64,000 bases of DNA from Chrysemys picta bellii (taxonomy: Eukaryota): NCBI RefSeq assembly GCF_011386835.1, contig NC_088797.1, positions 34,038,001 through 34,102,000 on the forward strand, in the 5' to 3' direction. Shown here in pieces: positions 35,901-44,900 of this stretch. Position 1 is the first letter of the stretch. Every line of letters begins with the position of its first letter. Position numbers and translations under genes: made by a program. The notes beneath the pieces were generated by a model. That model did not search any database and was not told where the DNA came from. It saw only the letters and a program-made list of their open reading frames with translations.

Positions 35901-38646
35901 AAGACCCTGGTGGGAAGGGAGGGGATGTGTGGAAAAGGGGACCCTTGGGTGTACAGAACATGGGGACCCCCTCTGGGAGGGGCCACCACTGATAGGCCCA
36001 GAGATCTCCTCCCTGGACATGTTTGGCTGCCTCTGCCCATCAGCCCCAGTGGGGGAAAGGGGACAATAGCTGGACAGGCAGCACTCCCTCCCCCAATGCA
36101 CTGGGGGCTTTGTTGGGGCCCTGTCCCCTGGAGGGAGCTCCAAGGCAGTCCAGCACCAGCTAGCGGAGAAGGGCCTGCAGGGTTAGAGGCAGGTCTGAGT
36201 GGTGGGGAGGGTTCTTGGGCTGTGTGTGTGTGTCCTGGGGACAGGGGAGGGCTCCAAGGCTAGGGAGGATCCCAGTTCAGGCAGTTCCATCTTCTCCCTG
36301 CCAGAGCCTGCACTCCCCCTGCGTGGTGCACCTGGAGTGCATGTTCGAAGGCCCCGCCCGGCTCTTTGTGGTGATGGAGCGCCTGCGTGGCGACATGCTG
36401 GAAATGATCCTGTCCAGCGAGACTGGGCGGCTGCCCGAACCCCTTGCCAAGTTCCTCACTGCCCAGGTGGGTGCCCCAGCTTGCTCTCCCCGCCCCAACC
36501 CCCTGGAGTGGCATCATTGCAGAGCGAGGAGGACCAAGGAAACTGTCCTGCCTGGGGCTCCCCACAGGTGTCCCCTGCGGGCATGTTAATGATGCTGCAC
36601 CATCCATGATCACAGCTTGCATACTACTCAGAGTCCTTGTGAAAATATACACACCCACATACACTGCTCCCCCACAGCATGCCACTCCCGTCCCCCCACA
36701 TGCTGCTCTCCGTGCCATGCCAGTCACTCTCATGCACTGCTCCCCATCGCTGCTTATCCCCAGCGTGCCCACCACTGTGGTCCTGTCACCATTGCATACC
36801 ACACCCAGGCTCACCACTCAGCATGGTGGTATACTTGTGCACGTCAGCACTGCACATCATTGCACACTCCTCACCATCACTGTGCACATACACACACAAT
36901 CCCCTCTCTGCTCCCCAATGCCTGGGTCACGGTTCACAAAGCACTCATCAGCGCATGTGAGCGTGCAACAGCCCCCATGCCACATCCAGTCTGTGCATGA
37001 GCCCATCAGATACTCCCCCACACACACGGCAGGTAACCACCCCCTCCAGTAACGCTCCTCTGTGCTTGCAGATCCTGTCTGCCCTGCGCCACCTGCACAC
37101 CCGGAACATTGTGCACTGTGACCTCAAGCCAGAGAATGTGCTGCTGGCCTCGGATGAGCCTTACCCCCAGGTGGGACAATCCCTGCACCGCCTCCCAGCC
37201 CACCTCCCTGAAGCCCTGTTCCACCCCCTCAACCCTCTAGCCCCCTCTCCCTGAACACCCATCCTAGCTCTTGCATCCAACTCTCCCTTCCCCTTTCAGC
37301 CAAGACTGTATTACCAATCTTGGGCCAGACCAGAGCTGGCGTCGCCTAAAGGGGACAGGCCCCTACCCCGAGCCAGCCGGTCTCCTCAGAGTCAGGCCCT
37401 CCCAGCAGGGAAATGCCCCATATTCCCCACCCTCATGGTAACCCCTCACCTCTCAGGTGAAGCTCTGTGACTTTGGCTTTGCCCGCATCATTGAGGAGTC
37501 ATCGTTCCGGCGCTCAGTGGTGGGGACCCCAGCGTACCTGGCCCCCGAAGTGCTGCGGCAACATGGCTACAACCGCGCCCTGGACATGTGGGCTGTGGGC
37601 GTCATCATCTATGTCAGCCTGAGCGGGACCTTCCCCTTCAACGAGGAGGAGGACGTCAACGATCAGATCCAGAACGCGGCCTTCATGTATCCCCGGCAGA
37701 CCTGGGCCAGCATCTCCCTCGAGGGTGAGACCGCCTTGCATCCCCTCACACTGCCCCCTCACTTCCAGACTGGTCCTTTTGTATCCCCGGCAGACCTGGG
37801 CCAGCATCTCCCTCGAGGGCAAGACCCCCCCACTCCCCTGCGGCATGCCACTAGCAGCACACTGCCCCTGCACCTCCAGAACATGGCCTGTATGTACCTG
37901 TAGCATCCCTAGGGCACCACCAGAAAATTTGGGTGTTGCAGGCCCTGGCAGCCAATGGCTGTGCTCCCTGGGGGGAGGAGTTGGGGAGAGGTCTTGGCCT
38001 ATGTAACCCCCTCCTTCCCTCCCAGCTGTCAGCCTCATCCACCAGCTGCTGCAGGTGAAGCTGAGGAAGCGACTGAGTGTGAACAAGGCGCTGAACCACC
38101 CCTGGCTGCAGGTACCTTCCCTCCACCCCTCAATCCCTATCCACCCAACCCACATCCCTGCCTGCAGATACCTTCTGTCCCACAATCCACACCCCATAAC
38201 ACACCTCTTCCATCCCCTTGCACTGTCTAGCTCCACGTAACCTCCCTCCACCCTAGAACTCAACACCCTGCTCTCCCCTGCCCAGTTCACCCCAGTCTCC
38301 AGTCCCCGCTCCCAACAGTAAATGGCTAACTCAACCCCCTCCCTAGCTCTCCCCATCCCCTGAAGATTCCTTCCTCAGCACACGGTGCATCCCTGATAGG
38401 AGGAGCCTGGACTCCCCCCAGCACCTGTTGATGAGCTATCTCCATCCCCCCCAGGATTTCCAGACCTGGCTGGCCCTGCGGGAGCTGGAGACCCGTGTGG
38501 GGCAGCGCTACCTCACCCATCCAAGTGACGACGCCCGCTGGCAGCGCCTCGCCCGTGAGCAGGGGCTGGCCTGGCCATCAGGGCTCACCGTTCAGCCCAG
38601 CCTGGAGGAGGAAGGGGACAGCGACAATGCAGGCGAGGGGAGCTGA
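26928..38646 (+). CDS. Serine/threonine protein kinase D family member (821 aa, 18 exons), probably the PRKD4 ohnolog
   Basis: Exons 26928-27068, 29786-29924, 30217-30345, 30720-30874, 31243-31438, 32127-32210, 33231-33384, 33671-33794, 34185-34262, 34407-34656, 35066-35094, 35305-35377, 35768-35874, 36305-36466, 37072-37170, 37457-37724, 38026-38111, 38455-38646; 2466 nt open. Ubiquitin-like N-domain (LQIGLSRE), C1a, C1b, acidic linker, PH domain and kinase ([37 protein letters not shown]). Family is certain; the paralog is inferred from synteny, so no symbol is given. Confidence 0.92.
29126..29747. mobile_element. GC-rich hAT MITE, 622 bp
   Basis: Perfect 13-bp TIRs TAGGGTTACCATA / TATGGTAACCCTA, an exact 8-bp TSD GCCAGGAG at 29118-29125 and 29748-29755, and subterminal CCGGACATGTCCGG palindromes. 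Confidence 0.92.
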
Positions 38647-39046
38647 GCCCTCCAGCCCAGGACTCACTACTCATGGGAAATAGGGGGTGTGGGGACCCCT
38701 CAGCACCACATTGCCCCCATAAACTGATTTCTCCAAACTTGGTGCCATGTGGTCTGTGCAGGGTGCGTGCCCGTCTTGCTGGAGCCCATTCGCATGTGGG
38801 GGGTGTCACAGGCTCAGATTCCCCTGCACAAATGCTGCCCTAGTTCAGACCCCTCCAACATGAAATCCCCCACTCTGAACCCCAGGCCCACCATGGTGCG
38901 TGCCTCCCCTTCCCCATTGATCCCATCCACCTTAGTATCCCTAGTCCATTGCTCCTTGATCAACTGCCCTGCATATGAACAACACCTCCCAACCCCAGCT
39001 ACACGTGACTAGCAGAGAGTTCACAGCAGCTGCTCACAGTTTCACA

Positions 39047-39052
39047 TTTATT
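39047..39052 (-). terminator. AATAAA polyadenylation signal of TMEM223
   Basis: Plus-strand TTTATT about 205 nt past the stop codon. Confidence 0.6.
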
Positions 39053-39256
39053 TCAAAAGCACACAATTGGAGCCCCATCCCCCCAGGACGTAGTGCCCCC
39101 TTCAATGGGGCTGGGCCCTGCTGTCCTCGGGAAAGGCAGGAGGTTGGTGTGGTGTGAATCTGTCCATTGCCCCCAATCTGGGGACTCTTCTCTAACTGTC
39201 CAGCGACCACCCTCCAGGATCCTTGAGCAGTGTGAAGCACCCTCATTCCCCCCCCA

Positions 39257-40586
39257 TCACAGCTTCCTGTAAGCCCCCACGGTGAGGTCAAAAAGCTGTG
39301 GGTTGTAAACCTGGCCCTGCTTGTCCAGAAGGAAGTAAAAGGGCCGACCCTTAACCTTGAGGGGAATCATGGCAGGCACCTCAGAACGATGAGCCATGCA
39401 GGAGACCTGGCGCAGGGGCACAGTGAAAGACGAGCTCAGCCCGAAGGGATAGTAGGTGCTGAGGGTCACATCCCGTCCCCCCTGGCGCAGCACGACCTGC
39501 CACACTGAGCGGCGTGAATACACAAAGCCGGCAGCCACGATCAGTGAACCTGGGGTGGGGAGAAAGAGAGAAAATGAAATCCCCAGATGCCATCCACCAT
39601 ACCCAGACTGGGCTAGCAGGGGGCTGTGGGTTGGGAGGGACTAGCAAAACTGGGGCGGGGGAGGGAGCCCAAGGCTGGATACCCAGGGGCTGCAGATTAG
39701 AACTGAGGGACATCAGCAAGGCTCGGGGTGCAACCACCCCATCTCCCAGCACCAGGATTTAGCTCTGAGTTTCAGAAGCCTGATTCCACTCAGCTGCTCC
39801 AGGTGGCGGTAGCCCAGGCCCAGCTGTGGGGCAGAACCAGGCTCTGATCCCAGATCCCTCTTCCCCAGGGCAATGAACTGGACTCAGATCCAGGCAGCTC
39901 CTAGGCACAGCTCCCTGTCACCGGCCACCCACCCTAGGGTGGGCTCCCTCCTCTGTGGAGAGAGAGTTCCGGGGGAGGGCGTAATCCCATTACCAGTGTC
40001 TTCGGTTCATGCTTCCCCAAGGCTTATCCCTCCCCCACTTCCCCAGGATGCAAGGACTGGAATCACCAGTTCCCCCTGCCTGAGTGCTGACATAGAGGGA
40101 GGGAGGGACTCCCCTGGCCCCCAACCCCCTCTCTCCCCGGGGCCTGCTCCCGGCTCGGGTGCCCCCGCCGCCGCCGCCGCCGCCCGGGGGCCGCTCCCGG
40201 CTCTCACCTACGGTCAGACAGGACACGGTGAATCCGTAGCGCCACTTGTTGGAGGTCGGGTTGATCGAGGCCCCGCCGGGCAAGGTGGGCGCGAGCCGGG
40301 CGCTGGCCGCGGGCCGCCCTGCGGGCCGCAGCTCGCTGAAGGCGAAGTGCGCCAGGTACGCCCAGAACGTGAACTGCCCCGTGCAGAACAGCCCGAGCAA
40401 GCGGAAGAAGCGGGCCCGCTCGTGCCGGAACAGCAGCAGGTCCCGGGGCACGTGCGTGTCCAGGGGGGACAATCCGCGCGCCGGGCCCGCTAAACCCCGC
40501 GCACCGCTGAGCCGGGCCCAGGGGCCCCACACCCTCCACGTGCAGCAGTGCAGTCCCCACAGCCCCAGCTGCCCGGTCCCCGCCAT
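39257..40586 (-). CDS. TMEM223: Transmembrane protein 223 (223 aa, 2 exons)
   Basis: Exons 40586-40208 and 39549-39257 (672 nt). RDLLLFRHERARFFRLLGLFCTGQFTFW...KWRYGFTVSCLTVG and VRQVSCMAHRSEVPAMIPLKVKGRPFYFLLDKQG match TMEM223; directly downstream of NXF1, as in human. Confidence 0.92.
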
Positions 40587-40791
40587 CTCTACGCTGGAGC
40601 GCGGGGGCGTCTGGGACTTGTAGTGATCACGGCTTCTCCCACGTAGGAACCCAGTGCTTCTGTATAGGGGCAGGAGGCCCTGGCCCCTCCCCCGAGCCCT
40701 GGCCCCTCCCCCTTACCCACCGCGCCTCCTGACACTGGGGGATCGCTGTGCTGGGGAAAAGCCATCCGCCACAATGGAATGTGGAGAGGGC

Positions 40792-40828
<37 letters not shown>

Positions 40829-40938
40829 GAGAGAGAGAGAAATTGGGGAGCAACATGGAGAGGCCCTAGAGGGGGGACTGGGGAACGTGAGGGGATGCAT
40901 CCAACAGAGCCTTCAGCCGAGATTCTAACAAACACCAC

Positions 40939-40944
40939 TTTATT
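40939..40944 (-). terminator. Candidate distal AATAAA of NXF1
   Basis: Plus-strand TTTATT about 1 kb past the NXF1 stop and about 350 nt before the TMEM223 ATG. Confidence 0.4.
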
Positions 40945-41916
40945 GAACACGCAGGTCCCAGCACATACAGCCACAGAGAAACAGAGGGCAATGGTGCCCA
41001 GCTCTGGCCTGCAACATTCTGCTTCAGCCCGAAGACTTGGGGGGGGGGGGGGTGTCCACAACACAGATGTACAAGCAGGAAGGGTGAAGCTAGGGTCTTT
41101 CCCCCATGGGTGCAAGGAAACCCCTGGTGCCTGCTACTCCAGTGCTGCCCAGGCATCTAGGAATCTTGCAGCCCCACCCTCTGCCCCTAGCTCTAGGGTA
41201 GGGAATAAGGGAGTGTAGCCAATGACAACCCCATTGCTCCTTAGCTGAGAACACTAACCGTTCCAGATCCCACACAACCCCACAATCCCATCAGCACCTT
41301 AAGGGAAGCTTGTCATCTTCCTGGAGCTGCGCTCTATTTACCCACGCAGCAGCTACTACAATAGACCTGCCAAAACCTGGCAGGTGCTCTGCCCATCTCA
41401 CTCTCAGCATGGCTGAGGCATGTTCTCAAGGAGACAGCTCCAGGGCTTTTAGGGCTGCCTTTCCCCAGAGAGGAATGCAAGTCTATGGGGGGGGGGGGGT
41501 ACACGCTGGGGGATATGAACACCACAGGGTTGAAGTCTGAGGGCAACTTAGCTCATCTGCTAGGAAAGGGCAGGGGCTGTGAGCGGTACACCTAGCCCAG
41601 CTCACTGAAGCCACTCATAGGACTGCTTGTTTTAAAACATACCAAAAAAAGTCATTTTCCCCCTCCAGGCCAAAAACCTGAGGGGAAGGATTCTGGCTCT
41701 GTGCTTGAAGCTTCTGGGTGCCCCAGCAACATCTGCTTCTCAGTCTTGCTTCTGCTGCTGCTAGAAATGGCTGGAGCTGGAGGCAGGGCAGCATGGACAA
41801 GACTGTCTGTATCACCCCCAGCTCCATTGGCCTGCTGCAGGGGCTCCCCCTTCAGAGTTTAGGCCCCCTGGTTGCTCCCAGCGATGAGCCCCCACCTTTG
41901 TTATTTTAAACTTTCA

Positions 41917-41922
41917 TTTATT
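41917..41922 (-). terminator. Proximal AATAAA of NXF1
   Basis: Plus-strand TTTATT about 60 nt past the stop codon. Confidence 0.6.
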
Positions 41923-41980
41923 TACAAAAATTGTCATGGAAAATAAAACATCAGTGGTAGGGGAACTGCAGGGTAACTGC

Positions 41981-44900
41981 TCACTTGAGAAATGCCACGT
42001 CTGGGATCTTCCCCTCCGTCTGAAAGAGACCAGGAACCAGTCACAGGGACTCTGGGCATTGCAACGCCCCCATCGCCCAGGGAAAGGCTGCATAGAACCC
42101 CTGCATCCTGGCTCCAAGCCCCTCACCAATTTATTAGACACCACTCCCCTCCCAGAGGCAGGGATAGTGTCGACATAGGAGTCCTGACTCCTAGCGCAGT
42201 GCCTTCTCCACAAGACTGTCCTTTCTTGTGCCTATGAGGTGCTTTGAAGCAGAGAATGATGGAACCAGGCCCCCTGAGGAAGGCAGTCCCAGGAAAGAAG
42301 ATCCTTGTGGGGATAGGGAGAGGTCAAGGCATCCAAGGTGGCTCCTGGCCCCATCCCACCCTCAATCTCTGGGCACTGAGGCCGCTGGTGGGGAATGAAC
42401 ATGCCCCTGGCTCCTCCCCTCCACCTCTCTGGTGCAGGATTGTGAGAGACCCCAGGCCCCTGGGATAGAGTCAGGCCCAGGCACTGGCTCACCTTGAGCT
42501 GGGTGAAAACCTGGGCTGCCTGGCTGTAGTCCCAGTCGTTGTCCTGGAGGCACCTAGGGCAGAGGGACACTGTCAGTGAGCAAGTGATAGGCCATGGGGC
42601 AGCACCAACCCTCCCCACAACCTTCCCCAGGGCCTACTTACTTTTGGGACCACTCGACGTTCATGCCAGACTGCATGGCGAAGGCCTGTAGCATTTCCTG
42701 CTGCTCGGCCGACAGCGTGGGCACAGGGCTGGACGAGGGCGTGGGTGCTGGCATCACGAAGGCCTTGCGGATCTCCTCTGTGTTCGCTTTGCGCACAAAC
42801 AGCTGGTCGTTCACGATGCACAGCCTGGGGGTGTGTGGAGAGTGAGGCACGGGGGGATGCTCATCCATTCCCTCCCCCAGAGCCAAGGAGATACCATTGC
42901 CCCTCCCCCTGCAATCTCCCCTTCCCCCACTTACCCTGTGATGCCAGCTGGCACAGCAATGAACATGCGGGTGAAGCCTCTCACCATATCCCGGGACTTG
43001 CCATCCACTGCACACACAGAGAACAGAGCCCAGTGAGGGGGGTATGGGGAAAGGGGTCCGCCAGAGGGTATGGGGTCTTAGCAGGGAGGCGCTTGGAAAT
43101 GGAGGGTAGGGGGCTTCTGGACACTCACCTTCCTTGAAGACCCCATGGACAGCAAAGCACAGCAGGGTGTTCTGCAATATGAGAGGGGATGTCACTGAAC
43201 TGCCACCCCCTCACCATGCCCATGGCCCAACGGCTTCTGCCTCCCATTGCCTGACCACTCCCCTTCTGTCCCCCACGAGCACTCTCTCCCCTCACCTCAC
43301 AGCGCAGCCCGCCCTGCCCCCGAGGTGGGGGCATTTTTTCCCACCTCACAGTAGAGCCCGCCATGCCCCCAAGGTGAGGGCATTTTCCCCCACCCCTCAA
43401 CCCCCCTGTCACAGCACAGCCCACCCGGCCCCTGGGATAGAGGCACTCACCGTCTGTGCACAAACATCCACCACAAAGGAGTTAACGTCATGCTGAGTCT
43501 TGGGCAACTCATTGAGGAAGGCCACCACGTTCAGCCTCGTATGCTTGAGCAATTTGAAGCGCAGGGCTGGAGGGAGGAGCGGGAGGTGAGATCCCACCCA
43601 GCCTGACAACCCAGTCACAGCACCACAATCTCAAGTCTGCCCTGCACAGAAACCCAGACCTGAGTCTGCAGAGAGCCTGAGCTGATCACTGCAAGGGGGA
43701 AGTGCTGTTTTGAGTGTGATCGATGCAGCCCCGTGGCACTTACTAGGGTCCTTGAGTTTCTTCACATTCCTGCTGCCCTTGAAGTATTCACTCAGGATGC
43801 TCCTGTTGAGAAGAGATGCCCGGTGAGTAGCTGGGGGACAGTACCCTGGAGCTTCTGCCCCATCAGCCCCACAGGGAAATGCAATGGAAACCTTCCTCCT
43901 TTACCTGGCTCTTAGATTCTCTCTGATCTTCGCAAATGGGAACAGAGGCAGCCTCACCCTACTGGGCAAGGGAGAGGTGAGCCCCATTTAACAGAGTGGG
44001 GAAGGGAATTGCCTGAGGGGGCACTGAGTTGGGGTCGAGCCAGAAACAGAACCCAGCCCCCCTGCTCTAGCCAGAAGACACCACTCACCTCCAAGAGCAG
44101 GTGATAGTACCCAAGAATCCTGATTCCCAGCCCCCCACTCCCATAGACCTCACAGCCCTCCTGTGCCAGGGATAGAACTCAGGCGTTCGCGTTCTCAGCC
44201 CTATGGTCCCTAAGGAGGGCAGTGACTAACCCCTGGTGGACATACCTGGAGGGGTTCTGGGAGAGGAAAGGGATGCTGAGGGAACAGCAGGCCCCATCGT
44301 GGTAGGCATCCAGCAGCCCCTGCCTGTCGCCAGAATCATATACAGAGTAATACCTGCCAGGGAGAGAGCGTGTTAGCAAAGAGCAGCTGTGCTGCTAGGA
44401 CAGTGGCTTCACTATCCCTGCCCCAGAGCTCTCCCCACACCTCAATATCCTGTGCCCCCTGCCTGTGAGACTGGAACAACGTGATCTATATGCCCCCTCC
44501 CCATCCATCCCCATCTAGCTCCCTAAATGACTCATCCTCCCACGTCAAGGTACTTACTGCTGCAGGAAGCGCAGCACCAGCACCTTCAGGTCATCCGAGC
44601 CGAAGTAGCTGCCCTGTGGGTCAGAGAATGTGCCAGTTAGTGCCCTGGCTCGGAGCCCTTTCCCCCAAACCCCTGCCCCAGGGCTTACCCTGCTGGCAGA
44701 GCAGTTAGTGCCCTGGCTCACAGTCCATCCCCTCTCCACACCCCAAGAATGCCTTCCCCAGTCCGGCACCAGGGCCAATCCTGCTGGCAGAGTGATTAAT
44801 GTCCTAAATCAAAGTCCCCCACTCCCTGGCCCCTTTACCTTGCAGGGGGGGAGGGTGGTGGGCGTTTCCACGTCAAAGACAATAGGAGGTGGGAGCTCGT

